A program made the translations under genes and the position numbers. A DNA stretch of 64,000 bases, from contig OY969585.1 of assembly GCA_963701295.1 (NCBI GenBank), positions 1,472,001-1,536,000 on the forward strand, in the 5' to 3' direction. This stretch comes from Ignavibacteriota bacterium (GTDB lineage Bacteria > Bacteroidota > Ignavibacteria > UBA10030). The notes beneath the pieces were generated by a model. The model was given only the letters and a program-made list of their open reading frames with translations. It was not told the DNA's origin and searched no databases. Below are positions 35,912-47,075 of the stretch, one piece after another (the first letter of the stretch is position 1; every line of letters starts with the position of its first letter).

Positions 35912-38665
35912 GTGTTTGCTATGAAAACCTCTCATTACTATTTCTTGTTTTCTATGGCTCTTCTTGATATGATCTTTACGGTTTCCACTTTTGCTGACTG
36001 GCGGACAGCTAATATAAATGCAGGATCTAAGCCCTACGCTATTGCAATAAATCCTTTCACAAACAGAATCTATGTTGCAAACGAATTTAGTAATGATGTA
36101 ACTATGATTGATGGACCTACCGGTAATACAGCCACTATACCGGTAGGAAATACACCGGTGGCTGTAGCAGTGAATCCCTCAACTAATAAAATTTATGTGG
36201 CAAACTATAATGGTAATAATGTTACAATAATAAACGGGGCCACAAATGCTACGGATTCTGTTACAGTAGGATATGGTCCTATCGCAATAGCTGTTAATCC
36301 GGTGACCAATAAAATTTATGTTGCTAATTATGTCGGTAATACTATCACAGTGATCGACGGAGCTACTAACAATACAGCAACAATACAGGTAGGGAATTAT
36401 CCTTGTTCTATTGCCGTTAATCCTGTCACAAATAAGATATATGTTATAAGCTCTGGCATAGGGCTTCTTCTCCGGGGTTATATACAAATAATTAACGGAA
36501 CTGATAACTCCTGTGTCGTAATAGCAGCCGGATCGATGGATGTCCCCTGTGCTGTAGCTGTGAATCCCGCTACCAACAAGGCCTATATAGTGTATGCGGG
36601 TTCCAGTTCTATCGCGATAGTTAAAGGAACAGCAGTAGACACAACTATTAATATAGGCGGAATACCCTATGCTATTGCTGTAAATCCGGCAACAAATAAG
36701 ATCTATATAGCTGATTCTTATTATGGATGTGTTAAAATTATTGACGGAGCTACTAATGCGGTAAACTCCACGCCTCAAGGAAATTGGCCAGTGGAAGCAA
36801 TAGCAATAAACTCTGCTACGAATAAAATATATGCCAATAATGTAGGGAACGATACCATTTCAGTAATAGACGGTTTCACAAACAGCATAACCACCGTTGT
36901 TACGGGTGATAGCAGTATGGCATTAGCTGTCAATCCGATCACCAATAAAATATATTGCGCAAACCGTGGTAGTGATAATGTTTCAGTAATCGACGGTTCG
37001 AGCAATGATACGCTTGTACTTAACACGCTTGGATCACCTTATAACGCAGCAGTAAATCCGGTCACAAATAGAATTTATACGATATCCAACGATGCTAAAA
37101 TAATTGAAATGATAGACGGAGCGACGAACAATCTTATCGGTTTTGACAGTACAGGAGTTTCCCCAAGTTCGATTGCGCTTAATCCTGTGACAAATAAAGT
37201 CTATGTAGCGAATCAGCAGAGCAATTATGTTACGGAATATGATGGAAACAATCTAAGTAATCAGATAGCTATACCGGTTAATGGTCTTCCCTCCGTGGTT
37301 GCTGTCAATCCTGTAACGAATAAAATCTATGTTGCAGACCGGAACATACATAATGTCACGGTCATCGATGGTGTTACCAGAAATACGACAAATGTCTCAA
37401 CCGGAGATTATCCATGTGCGATCGCGATTAATCCTACAACCAATAAAATCTATGTAGCAAATCTTAACAGCGATAATGTTACGGTCATCGATGGGATTAC
37501 CAATGGCGCTACAAATATTCCCGTTGGAGATGGTCCTTGTGCGGTAGCAGTCAATCCGCTAACAAATAAAATCTATGTAGCAAACCAGCTTAATGATAGT
37601 GTCACTATAATTAATGGGGCTAATAATAGTACTACAAGTGTTGGTGTCGGAGATGGTCCGGTTGCTGTTGCAGTCAATTCCGTTACAAATAAAATATACG
37701 TAGTGAACTTCCTTAGTGCCAATGTTACTATGATTGACGGCGCAACAAACGGCACTACACCGGTCGGCTTCTTTGGTAGTTATCCCTGGGTTGTATCGAT
37801 TAATCCTGTCACTAATAAAATATATGTTGCAAATTTTGGCTACCCGAGTATTGTTGTAATTGATGGAGCAACCAATTCAGTTTCAAATATAATTTTGAGA
37901 AACATTGCAAATGCTCTGGCTGTGAATCCGGTTACTAGCAAGGTCTATGCAACAATTCCTTCTGCTAACGTAATAACGGCAATAACTGAAACACCTTATA
38001 GCGATACGCAAGTTCATAGCGAAGTAAACGAATTTACCAATCATTCGACAACCATTGCCGGGCCTTTTTTGACGGGCAAAGGGGTAAATAGATGGACGCA
38101 ATACAGTACCAGGATCGAAGCTATCATCGGAAATACAAAAACTACTCAACAGCACTGGCTTGTAGCAGCGATAACCAGCGGTTTCGGTACAGATTCTGTA
38201 AGCTGGGCTGCTAACTTGGCCGCTGATACTTTGATGAAAGGGGAAAACTTTATTTGTACTTTAGCTTTGGAATCGGATGGTGCTACTGTAAATAATCTTG
38301 GTGTCGGCACACCATTTGCAGGAAATGTAACAATTTATCCTTTGTACCGAATTGATCAGTCGTCAACAGGTGTAGAAGAACAGGAAATCTCAACACCGAA
38401 AGTTTTCGCGTTACTGCAGAATTATCCAAATCCATTTAATCCAACCACAACAATTGAATTTACATTGGCAAAAAGCAGCAAAGTTTTATTGAAGGTGTTT
38501 GATTTACTGGGTCGTGAAGTTGCAACATTGGTGAACAGTGATATGAGGGCGGGAGTTTTACACAGGGTTCCATTTGATGGCTCCAAGCTCGCTTCCGGAA
38601 TATATTTCTATAGATTGGAAGCAGGTGAAAATGTACAAGTGAAGAAGTTGATGCTCGTAAAATAA
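35912..38665 (+). CDS. T9SS-secreted YVTN/YncE-type beta-propeller repeat protein
   Basis: Signal peptide; 16 repeats of PxAxAVNPxTNKIYVAN; QNYPNPFNPTT tail. Confidence 0.9.
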   Translation: MFAMKTSHYYFLFSMALLDMIFTVSTFADWRTANINAGSKPYAIAINPFTNRIYVANEFSNDVTMIDGPTGNTATIPVGNTPVAVAVNPSTNKIYVANYNGNNVTIINGATNATDSVTVGYGPIAIAVNPVTNKIYVANYVGNTITVIDGATNNTATIQVGNYPCSIAVNPVTNKIYVISSGIGLLLRGYIQIINGTDNSCVVIAAGSMDVPCAVAVNPATNKAYIVYAGSSSIAIVKGTAVDTTINIGGIPYAIAVNPATNKIYIADSYYGCVKIIDGATNAVNSTPQGNWPVEAIAINSATNKIYANNVGNDTISVIDGFTNSITTVVTGDSSMALAVNPITNKIYCANRGSDNVSVIDGSSNDTLVLNTLGSPYNAAVNPVTNRIYTISNDAKIIEMIDGATNNLIGFDSTGVSPSSIALNPVTNKVYVANQQSNYVTEYDGNNLSNQIAIPVNGLPSVVAVNPVTNKIYVADRNIHNVTVIDGVTRNTTNVSTGDYPCAIAINPTTNKIYVANLNSDNVTVIDGITNGATNIPVGDGPCAVAVNPLTNKIYVANQLNDSVTIINGANNSTTSVGVGDGPVAVAVNSVTNKIYVVNFLSANVTMIDGATNGTTPVGFFGSYPWVVSINPVTNKIYVANFGYPSIVVIDGATNSVSNIILRNIANALAVNPVTSKVYATIPSANVITAITETPYSDTQVHSEVNEFTNHSTTIAGPFLTGKGVNRWTQYSTRIEAIIGNTKTTQQHWLVAAITSGFGTDSVSWAANLAADTLMKGENFICTLALESDGATVNNLGVGTPFAGNVTIYPLYRIDQSSTGVEEQEISTPKVFALLQNYPNPFNPTTTIEFTLAKSSKVLLKVFDLLGREVATLVNSDMRAGVLHRVPFDGSKLASGIYFYRLEAGENVQVKKLMLVK

Positions 38666-38774
38666 AATACGAATGAACAGGTATGCAGTTGTAATATGTG
38701 CGATTGTCATTGTTCGAACGAAGATATCTCGATAGAGGCGAAATTTACAATATGCCCCTCTTTTTTCCCCTATA

Positions 38775-39533
38775 TTATAATGGGAAATGATAATTGATTG
38801 CGAAACGAAGCGTGAAACCCGATAAGTCCAATGAGTAATTGGGCCAGGTTTGTCCATCTACGGTTACCTTATTTACTTTTCCAAAAAGATATCCCCCTCC
38901 AGTCATAATAGACCAATTATCTATCAAAAAATATTGGGCGCCGAGCATTACCTGATATCCCGTGGTGAATCCGGTTCTGTTTAAATCTCCATATGAAGAG
39001 TAGTTTTCTAAAACCTCAGTCGCCGTAATCGAACCAATATCAAGATCGACAAATAAACTAAGATCGGAGACGGATTCAAGCGGCATCTCAGCTCTGATGG
39101 ATCCATAGAAAAATGTGCTGTTGATTTGATCACCAGTTGCTTGTTGAGTTGAGACTTTGGTTGTAAAGAAATACTCGTATCCGAAGCCAACCTGAACATA
39201 CTTGTTAATAACACAACCGCATTCGGCACCAAATATCATAGACATCGTTGATGGACTTGTTCCGTCAAGCTGCAGGTTTTGTGTTTTCCAATCCGTTAGC
39301 AATGAATATAATCCATTGACATTAAACTGAAGATATATGCTGCTCTTTGAGCTTTCAGGTTGTTCATTCTGCGAGAGAGCAGGAGTAGAATCAATGCTTA
39401 TCTTGCCAGAATGTTCCGGATCAACAGAGGTCTCTTTCGGATCATGACTCTCAGCAAGAGTAGTTCCAATAAGAAAAAATGGGATAAGATAATAAAGAAA
39501 TCGGTTGATCATAAGAGGTTCTTTGTCAAACAA
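38775..39533 (-). CDS. Outer-membrane beta-barrel protein
   Basis: Signal peptide, alternating aromatic strands, C-terminal FAINYHFPL; start may be ATG 39512. Confidence 0.65.
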   Translation of the reverse strand: MFDKEPLMINRFLYYLIPFFLIGTTLAESHDPKETSVDPEHSGKISIDSTPALSQNEQPESSKSSIYLQFNVNGLYSLLTDWKTQNLQLDGTSPSTMSMIFGAECGCVINKYVQVGFGYEYFFTTKVSTQQATGDQINSTFFYGSIRAEMPLESVSDLSLFVDLDIGSITATEVLENYSSYGDLNRTGFTTGYQVMLGAQYFLIDNWSIMTGGGYLFGKVNKVTVDGQTWPNYSLDLSGFTLRFAINYHFPL

Positions 39534-41525
39534 TTAGGAAAGTATCTCCTTTGCTTTTGATATAACATTCTCTACCGTAAATCCAAAATGTTTAAAAATT
39601 ACATCTATAGGAGCGGATGTGCCGAACGAATTCATACCGATGATCTTTCCATCGTCACCGACATATTTTTCCCAACCCATTGGAACGAGAGCTTCGATAG
39701 CAATGCGTTTTTTCACGTTTGGCGGGAGAATGAAGTTGCGATATTCTTTCGATTGTCTCTCGAACAACTCCCAAGACGGCATGCTGACCACACGTACTTT
39801 TAAACCTTCATTGATCAACTGATCGTATGCACCAAGAGCAAGCGGAACTTCAGAACCGGTGCCGATAAGAATCAGATCGGGTGTGGAGGAATTTTCGATA
39901 AGTATGTATGCACCTTTCACGAGATTCTCAGCAGAGGAATATTTCCCTCTATCAATGGTTGGCAGCTTCTGCCGCGTTAATAATAACGCAACAGGACCGT
40001 TTTTATATTCAATAGCAAACTTCCAAGAAGCAACAGTTTCGTTTGCATCAGCCGGACGAATAGAAATCATATTAGGGATACACCGAAGGGCGGCAAGTTG
40101 TTCAACCGGTTCGTGTGTCGGGCCATCTTCGCCCACGCCAATGCTGTCATGTGTAAAGACGTAAATCGGGCGAATACCCATAATGCATGCTAACCGAATG
40201 GCAGGCCGCATGTAATCCGAAAAGACGAAGAACGTTCCGCCGTAAGGAATCATGCCATCGGTAACTGCCATACCATTCATAATAGCTCCCATTGCATGCT
40301 CACGCACACCATATCGCATATAGCGATTCTCATAACTCTTTGCTTGGAACTCACCCATACTTTTTACAAATGTATTATTTGAGGGAGCAAGGTCGGCTGA
40401 ACCACCGATCATGGATGGAAGAAGTGGAGCAATAGCATTCAGTACTTTTCCAGATGCATCGCGTGTTGCCATAGCTTCTGAAAATTTTGGCAACACTTTC
40501 TTCCATTCTTCGCCAATATTACCGCTTCGGATGTTTTCAAGTTCTGCCGCTAGTTCTGGATATTTCTTTTTGTATTCTGCAAACTTTGTATTCCACCTTG
40601 CTTCTTTTTTCTTTCCGGTTTCAACCGATTTCCGGAATTGTTTTAATGCTTTTTCTGGGATGTAAAACTGTTTTTCTGGATCCCAACCGTAAGCTTTTTT
40701 TGTCAACTTCACTTCTTCTTCACCAAGCGGTGAACCATGGGCTTCTGCAGTGTCATGTTTATTCGGACTTCCATAACCGATATGCGTTCGTATCATAATA
40801 ATTGACGGTCGTCCGGTTTCTTTCTTTGCGAGTCGAATTGCTTTATCGATCGCTTTAAGATCGTTGCCGTCTTTTACTTTCAAGACATGCCAGCCGTACG
40901 CTTCAAAACGTTTCCCGCGATTTTCCGTAAATGCTAATTCTGTGGGGCCGTCTATGCTGATATGGTTGTCATCATAAATATAAATCAGATTGCTTAATTT
41001 CAAATGTCCGGCGAGTGATGCAGCTTCTGCTGTAATGCCTTCCATTAAATCGCCATCACCAAGAGTTGCATAAATAGTGTAATCGACAATTTTGAATCCT
41101 GGTTTGTTGTACCGTGCACCGAGATATTTTTGCGCGATCGCCATGCCAACGCCATTTGCAAATCCTTGTCCGAGCGGACCGGTGGTTACTTCCACACCGT
41201 CTGTATGTCTGTATTCTGGATGACCCGGTGTCTTGCTACCGAGTTGACGGAATTTCATCAATTCTTCAAGTGGAAGATCATAACCGGTGAGATACAGAAG
41301 GCTATAGAGGAGCATTGATCCATGTCCGCCTGAAAGGACAAAACGGTCACGATTATGCCAATGCATGTTTGCCGGATTGTGGTTTAGGTATTTCGACCAA
41401 AGTATATAAGCGACCGGTGCCATGCCCATTGGCATGCCAGGGTGACCCGATTTTGCTTTTTGGACACCGTCGATAGAAAGCGTACGAATCGTGTTAATAC
41501 ATAATTGATCTAATGATGATGCCAT
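39534..41525 (-). CDS. tkt: Transketolase
   Basis: [44 protein letters not shown]. Confidence 0.97.
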   Translation of the reverse strand: MASSLDQLCINTIRTLSIDGVQKAKSGHPGMPMGMAPVAYILWSKYLNHNPANMHWHNRDRFVLSGGHGSMLLYSLLYLTGYDLPLEELMKFRQLGSKTPGHPEYRHTDGVEVTTGPLGQGFANGVGMAIAQKYLGARYNKPGFKIVDYTIYATLGDGDLMEGITAEAASLAGHLKLSNLIYIYDDNHISIDGPTELAFTENRGKRFEAYGWHVLKVKDGNDLKAIDKAIRLAKKETGRPSIIMIRTHIGYGSPNKHDTAEAHGSPLGEEEVKLTKKAYGWDPEKQFYIPEKALKQFRKSVETGKKKEARWNTKFAEYKKKYPELAAELENIRSGNIGEEWKKVLPKFSEAMATRDASGKVLNAIAPLLPSMIGGSADLAPSNNTFVKSMGEFQAKSYENRYMRYGVREHAMGAIMNGMAVTDGMIPYGGTFFVFSDYMRPAIRLACIMGIRPIYVFTHDSIGVGEDGPTHEPVEQLAALRCIPNMISIRPADANETVASWKFAIEYKNGPVALLLTRQKLPTIDRGKYSSAENLVKGAYILIENSSTPDLILIGTGSEVPLALGAYDQLINEGLKVRVVSMPSWELFERQSKEYRNFILPPNVKKRIAIEALVPMGWEKYVGDDGKIIGMNSFGTSAPIDVIFKHFGFTVENVISKAKEILS

Positions 41526-41794
41526 TATACCTTCTCCGATAGTTTTCTATTGTGAAACGTGAAGTAAGTGATACAAGATAGTGAAGGCTTCGCAGAAATT
41601 CAAAGTCGCAGAACAAATCCTTTTGCTCTTTTTTTAGAAAGAATCGCATTCATTACTTCGTACAGTCGAGTTTTCCGAGTGCTGCCTCCAGTGAAGAGGA
41701 AGAAGCAGGAAATCATGGGGAGCGGCTGTAGTCTTCTCACTCTCAAAATCGCTGTCGAAGGTTTCCTCCAATTTCCGGCGGGAGATTCTGACGG

Positions 41795-42232
41795 CTATTC
41801 GTTTCCTTTTGATGCCGGTTCGATACGATAGGAATGGGTGATTTTCGCACTCGCCGCTAATTGAGCAGAGACCGAGCAATACTTCGTTTTTGAAAGATCG
41901 ATCGCGCGTTCCACGTCATCTACTTTAATACCGTCCCCATAGAATACATATTCGATATGTATCTCGGTAAATATCCTTGGATGTTCTTCTCGCTCGATTC
42001 CTTTCACATTGCATTCGTATGCAACAACAGGAGAGCGTTTCTTTTTTAAAATCGGAATGACATCCATCGATGTACAACCAGCAAGTGCCATGAGCATGAG
42101 TTCTTTAGGAGTCGAGCCGGCTTCGCTGCCCCCGACCTCATTTTTTGTATCCATGATAATCCAATGGTTGGAATTCGCTTTAGCGGCAAATATATTACCC
42201 TTAATCTGTCTAAGGTGAATTTCTTTTGCCAT
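41795..42232 (-). CDS. OsmC/YhfA family protein
   Basis: PKELMLMALAGCTSMDV and KYCSVS; start at MAKEIHL. Confidence 0.88.
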   Translation of the reverse strand: MAKEIHLRQIKGNIFAAKANSNHWIIMDTKNEVGGSEAGSTPKELMLMALAGCTSMDVIPILKKKRSPVVAYECNVKGIEREEHPRIFTEIHIEYVFYGDGIKVDDVERAIDLSKTKYCSVSAQLAASAKITHSYRIEPASKGNE

Positions 42233-42828
42233 GTGCGAGTTTTTCCCTGTGTGAGTGAATCTTTGTTTTTTTGATTTCGTACCATTGTTGTAGTATTGCA
42301 CAGAGAGTAGCAATAGATACAACTAAAAGTTTCCTACCAGCAGCTAATTCAGTGATGATTAAGAAGAAAAGGATTCCAGTCAGACCAAAATCCAGTTTTC
42401 GATTAAAGGACAATTTATTTTGTCCTGCGTGTTTTATGTCCATCTCTTATTTTGTATAGTGAATGTGACCGCATTTCCTATCTTAGGGCTGTCCATAACT
42501 TTTTGTATGATGTCATGCTCGGATGTAAGTCAGAAAAATGTTTATAAAGATACACAACCTTTTGAGATTGTCCAAATAGCACTTCTAGTTTGGATAATTT
42601 TCCAGATGTTTTCTCATATTCTTTCGAAAACTTCAGTGGAACATAGAGTAGACAAGATCCGACAAAACTCATCAATGTGAGGAACTCGGCCAAGAGAACA
42701 TATATTTTGTTTCATACCGCTCTCCCTGAATTTAAAGTGGTGAATGACTCTTCACGGGCGGGCAAGGGGAAAAGGATTCAAAGTAAAAGAGAATAGCTAA
42801 CACTGTGGATTGAGACAGGATCTCGAAT

Positions 42829-42857
42829 AAAAAAGGCCGACGCACCACGTCGACCCT
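42829..42857 (-). terminator. Intrinsic terminator
   Basis: Minus strand ggtcgacg-tggtg-cgtcggcc-tttttt. Confidence 0.75.
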
Positions 42858-42886
42858 AAAAATTTCATAAGTTAAATGACTGTCAA

Positions 42887-43102
42887 TTATATAAGTGGAT
42901 CATCGTTGTCATCGATGTGAAGATCAGCATCAATTTCCTCAAGTGGAGTGATAGGAATTCCATCGGGGGAGATCAATGGTGGATCATTTGGTTTCTCTTG
43001 TTTCTTTTCTAACTGTCGCTGCCGCTTCTCTTCTTGCTTCTTCTGACGGGCAATCTCTTTCTTTCGCTTCTCAAATTTATATGATGCTGGATTCTTTCCC
43101 AT
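42887..43102 (-). CDS. Small protein with basic helix and acidic tail, function unknown
   Basis: GAGG RBS, own terminator, KFEKRKKEIARQKKQEEKRQR. Confidence 0.65.
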   Translation of the reverse strand: MGKNPASYKFEKRKKEIARQKKQEEKRQRQLEKKQEKPNDPPLISPDGIPITPLEEIDADLHIDDNDDPLI

Positions 43103-43238
43103 GACTCATTCCTCTCAAATATAGAACATCACTGCCGGTTCAAGTTTCATACAGCATATGGTATAACGTAATTATCTTTTTCTCGAAGTCAAAATATTAT
43201 TTCTCAAACCATCAAAATTTTTATTGGTGTGAGAGAAT

Positions 43239-43271
43239 AAAAAGGCATCCCGCTCTTCACGAGATGCCTTT
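43239..43271 (-). terminator. Intrinsic terminator after ahcY
   Basis: Minus strand aaggcatctcg...cgggatgcctttt. Confidence 0.75.
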
Positions 43272-43314
43272 ACCCGTATGCGTATTAGTCGAAGAAAATA
43301 ATATAAAGGACTCT

Positions 43315-44592
43315 TTATGTCCCGGCTGAATAATCATCAATGTATGTTGCTTGCTCCTTTGTGAGCTTATCGATCTTATAGCCCATCGTTGCGAGCTTGA
43401 CACCGGCGATTTCCTGATCCTGTTCGGATGGAATATCGTACACCTTATTTTCAAATCGTTTTCCCTTTTTATGAAGTTCCACAAGTCGGAGTTGCGACAT
43501 GAATTGGTTGGCAAACGACATATCCATCACTTCCGATGGATGTCCTTCAGCGGCGGCAAGATTGACAAGGCGCCCCTTCGCAAGTAAAAAAATGCGGTTG
43601 CCATCCTTCAACGTATATTCCTCATTGTCCTTTCGGACTTCACGCGTGCTCTTGGCGAGTTTTTCAAGATCCGGGATGTTAATCTCGCAATCATAATGTC
43701 CTGTATTACAGATGATCGCACCGTCCTTCATGGACTTGAAATGTCTTTCAATGATTATGTCTTTCACTCCCGTTGCTGTGATAAAGATGTCACCGATTCT
43801 TGCAGCATCATCCATCTTCATAACGCGGTACCCTTCGAGTGTTGCTTTCAGGGCTGCCGTTGGTTTCACTTCGGTTACGATGACATTTGCACCGAGACCT
43901 TTTGCTCGCAACGCAACACCTTTACCGCAATGTCCAAATCCGGCAACAACAATATTCTTGCCAGCCAAGAGGACACTTGTTGCGCGAAGAATACCATCGA
44001 GCGTTGATTGTCCGGTTCCGTACACATTGTCGAAGTCCCACTTTGTTTCTGCATCATTGACAGCGATGACAGGATATCGGAGCGCACCATCGTTCGCCAT
44101 CGCACGCAAACGATGAACACCGGTCGTTGTTTCTTCAGTGCCTCCAATAACAGTCGGAATCAATTCTTTATGTTTATTATGCACAGTGAAAATAAGATCA
44201 GCGCCGTCATCGAGTGTGAGATTCGGTTTGAATTTCAATGTCTCTTCAATGCACCAGTAGAATTCTTTCACATTCATCCCATGCCATGCGAAAATGCTTA
44301 CGCCCTCGTCAGCAAGTGCCGCTGCGACATCGTCTTGCGTTGAAAGCGGATTGCAGCCGCTCCAACTCACTTCGGCTCCCGCTTGGACGAATGTTTTCAC
44401 AAGCACTGCCGTCTCTTTTGTTACGTGCAGACATCCGGCAATTTTGTAGCCTTTAAACGGTTTTGTTTTACAATATTTATCCTGCAGTGCCATGAGTACG
44501 GGCATACGTGATTCTGCCCACTCGATACGAAGCTTACCGGCCTTTGCAAGTGAAAGATCTTTTACCTTAAATTTTCCTGGTTCGTGATCCAT
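43315..44592 (-). CDS. ahcY: Adenosylhomocysteinase
   Basis: GCLHVTKET, CNPLSTQD, DDGADL, EETTTGV, FDNVYGT, GRLVNL, GHPS. Confidence 0.97.
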   Translation of the reverse strand: MDHEPGKFKVKDLSLAKAGKLRIEWAESRMPVLMALQDKYCKTKPFKGYKIAGCLHVTKETAVLVKTFVQAGAEVSWSGCNPLSTQDDVAAALADEGVSIFAWHGMNVKEFYWCIEETLKFKPNLTLDDGADLIFTVHNKHKELIPTVIGGTEETTTGVHRLRAMANDGALRYPVIAVNDAETKWDFDNVYGTGQSTLDGILRATSVLLAGKNIVVAGFGHCGKGVALRAKGLGANVIVTEVKPTAALKATLEGYRVMKMDDAARIGDIFITATGVKDIIIERHFKSMKDGAIICNTGHYDCEINIPDLEKLAKSTREVRKDNEEYTLKDGNRIFLLAKGRLVNLAAAEGHPSEVMDMSFANQFMSQLRLVELHKKGKRFENKVYDIPSEQDQEIAGVKLATMGYKIDKLTKEQATYIDDYSAGT

Positions 44593-44635
44593 ATTATTTT
44601 GTCTCTAATTATAAGAGGTTTGTAATTTCCATTAT

Positions 44636-45781
44636 TTATTTTAATGCTTTCTGGAGTTTTTTTATCAAATCCAATTTTTCCCATGTAAATTCTTTTTCAC
44701 TGCGGCCAAAGTGACCGTATGCTGCGGTCTTACGATAAATCGGACGGCGCAGATCGAGCCGTTTAATGATACCGCGAGGCGTGAGATCAATTTCCTTCAT
44801 CACAAAATCCGAGAGTTGTGCATCTGGAATGATGCCAGTGCCGAAGGTGTTGATTTGAATGGATACAGGATCTACCACACCGATCGCATATGCTACTTGG
44901 ATCTGACATTCGGTGGCAAGCTTTGCTGCGACAATATTCTTTGCAAGATGACGTGCCGCATACGCAGCGCTGCGATCTACTTTTGTTGGGTCTTTACCAG
45001 AGAATGCGCCGCCGCCATGCGGTGCGCGTCCGCCGTATGTATCCACAACAATTTTACGTCCAGTCAAACCGCTGTCACCATGCGGTCCGCCAACTTCAAA
45101 TCTACCAGTAGGATTGACGAAGTAGCGTGTTTTATTATTGAGCATTCCGGATGGAATAACATTGCGTACGATTATTTCGATGACATCTTCTTTAATCTTT
45201 TTTTGTGTCACATCGGGATCGTGTTGAGTGGAGACAACAACTGTATCAACACGGATGGGTTTCCCGTTGCTGTCGTATTCGACCGTCACCTGGGACTTTG
45301 CATCGGGGCGAAGATAAGGCATTAAGGCGGGCTGTTTCTTTCGAACAGAAGCAAGTTGAAACACTAATTTGTGCGCGTACATAATTGGTGCCGGCATCAA
45401 CTCGGGAGTCTCCGAAGAGGCGTATCCGAACATCATTCCTTGGTCACCTGCGCCACCGGTATCCACCCCCTGAGCAATGTCAGGTGATTGAGAATGGATG
45501 GAAGAGAGGACTGAGCATGAATCGGCATCAAACCCGACTCCGGCTTTTGTATAACCGATATCGCGAATAACATTGCGGACGATTTCTTGGACTTCGATAT
45601 ATCCCTTGGTAGTGATTTCTCCACCGACGAGTACCATACCAGTAGTAACGAATGTTTCGCATGCCACACGCGATGTTTTGTCTTGTATAATCAATGCGTC
45701 AAGTACAGCATCAGAAATTTGGTCGCAGACTTTGTCGGGATGTCCTTCGGATACCGATTCCGAAGTAAATAAGTTTCTCAT
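44636..45781 (-). CDS. metK: S-adenosylmethionine synthetase
   Basis: [28 protein letters not shown]. Confidence 0.98.
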   Translation of the reverse strand: MRNLFTSESVSEGHPDKVCDQISDAVLDALIIQDKTSRVACETFVTTGMVLVGGEITTKGYIEVQEIVRNVIRDIGYTKAGVGFDADSCSVLSSIHSQSPDIAQGVDTGGAGDQGMMFGYASSETPELMPAPIMYAHKLVFQLASVRKKQPALMPYLRPDAKSQVTVEYDSNGKPIRVDTVVVSTQHDPDVTQKKIKEDVIEIIVRNVIPSGMLNNKTRYFVNPTGRFEVGGPHGDSGLTGRKIVVDTYGGRAPHGGGAFSGKDPTKVDRSAAYAARHLAKNIVAAKLATECQIQVAYAIGVVDPVSIQINTFGTGIIPDAQLSDFVMKEIDLTPRGIIKRLDLRRPIYRKTAAYGHFGRSEKEFTWEKLDLIKKLQKALK

Positions 45782-45868
45782 TGTTTCTCCGTATTAAGTT
45801 AATGATTCTGTAAAAATATATATTTTTGATCAGAAAATTTATCAGGTTGGACTGCAATGGTATGTTGA

Positions 45869-46843
45869 TCAGTAAAATTCCAGCTCAGATGAATCACCGA
45901 TATTAATTCGTTTATAATTTCCACGGACGACAGCGTTACTGCCAATAATAGAATCTTCAATGAGCGAGTTGAGGACCGTTGCTCTCTCACTAATGATAGA
46001 ATTGCGGACAATAGTATTTTCCACTGTTGCATTTTCAGCAATTGTGGCATATGGTCCGATAATAGCATTGGAAACTTTTGCTTTTGGTGAGATAAAAGCA
46101 GGCGGTTGAATCAGGACGCCTTTCAGTAGCTGAGGCATAGGCTGAAGTTCCAGAAGATACCGGTTGGTGGAAAGTAATGTCTCCGGTTTACCGCAGTCGA
46201 ACCATCCTTCTATGGAGAACGTCTTCATCTTTTCGCCATGGTCAATCATCATCTGAAGTGCATCAGTCAATTGGAACTCGCCCTTTGTACGTGTGTTGTT
46301 TCGAATCATTTCCTTCAAACAATCCACTAAGAGAGGAGGCTGCGTGATATAGTAAAGGCCGACGAGGGCAAGGTTACTCTTCGGCACTTCCGGTTTCTCG
46401 ACTAGTCGTGTTATCTGGCCGTCGGTTGTTTCGGCAACTCCAAACCGTCGCGGATCATCCACATGTTTAACACCAATTTGTGTTTGTTCGTTCTTAATCA
46501 TCGACTTCAGATCGACTTCAAAGATCGTATCGCCCAATATGATGAGAATAGGGCTGCGGGAAAAGGTATGCCGGGAGATGTAGATGGCATGACCCAGACC
46601 AAGGCGCTCTTCCTGTTCAACAAAATCGACCTTAATTGTATAGTTTGCGAGCACATATTCTTTGATCATCTCGCCGAGATACCCGATGATAATGGTAGCT
46701 TCGTTAAAGCCAGCCTCAATAATTTTATCAAGAATATGACCAATGATCGGTTTGCCGGCAACATTCAGGAGTACCTTCGGTACTGTGAATGTGTACGGGC
46801 GGAGTCTACTGCCGACACCTGCAACGGGTATGATTGCTCTCAT
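45869..46843 (-). CDS. Sugar-1-phosphate nucleotidyltransferase with C-terminal hexapeptide repeats
   Basis: MRAIIPVAGVGSRLRP, PK, LGLGHA, VEKP, WFDCG. Confidence 0.88.
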   Translation of the reverse strand: MRAIIPVAGVGSRLRPYTFTVPKVLLNVAGKPIIGHILDKIIEAGFNEATIIIGYLGEMIKEYVLANYTIKVDFVEQEERLGLGHAIYISRHTFSRSPILIILGDTIFEVDLKSMIKNEQTQIGVKHVDDPRRFGVAETTDGQITRLVEKPEVPKSNLALVGLYYITQPPLLVDCLKEMIRNNTRTKGEFQLTDALQMMIDHGEKMKTFSIEGWFDCGKPETLLSTNRYLLELQPMPQLLKGVLIQPPAFISPKAKVSNAIIGPYATIAENATVENTIVRNSIISERATVLNSLIEDSIIGSNAVVRGNYKRINIGDSSELEFY

Positions 46844-47075
46844 CTTCTGGATTTTTTCTTGTTGATAAATTCTTTTAAAAATACGGAAGAATCCTTTCAC
46901 AATCAAACTCAATCATTTTTCTGGAAATTGAAATTAAACAGTCTCTTTCCATTGAATTATTCTGAAAAACATGTAACTTATCAATAAACTGTATAGTTCT
47001 GTTATTCACACAGTTGTTCGCTATGATGAATCCATTTTTTAATTAGTCAGCAATAAATTAATAGGAGCGTTTTTT

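Noticed and set aside
41690-41790. SRP RNA, or TPP, cobalamin, SAH or glycine riboswitch
   Set aside because: The signature motifs are absent or out of order; kept only as an unassigned candidate.
42240-42720. Short ORFs upstream of osmC
   Set aside because: Several overlapping short frames with no recognisable motif; may be decayed DNA but cannot be supported.
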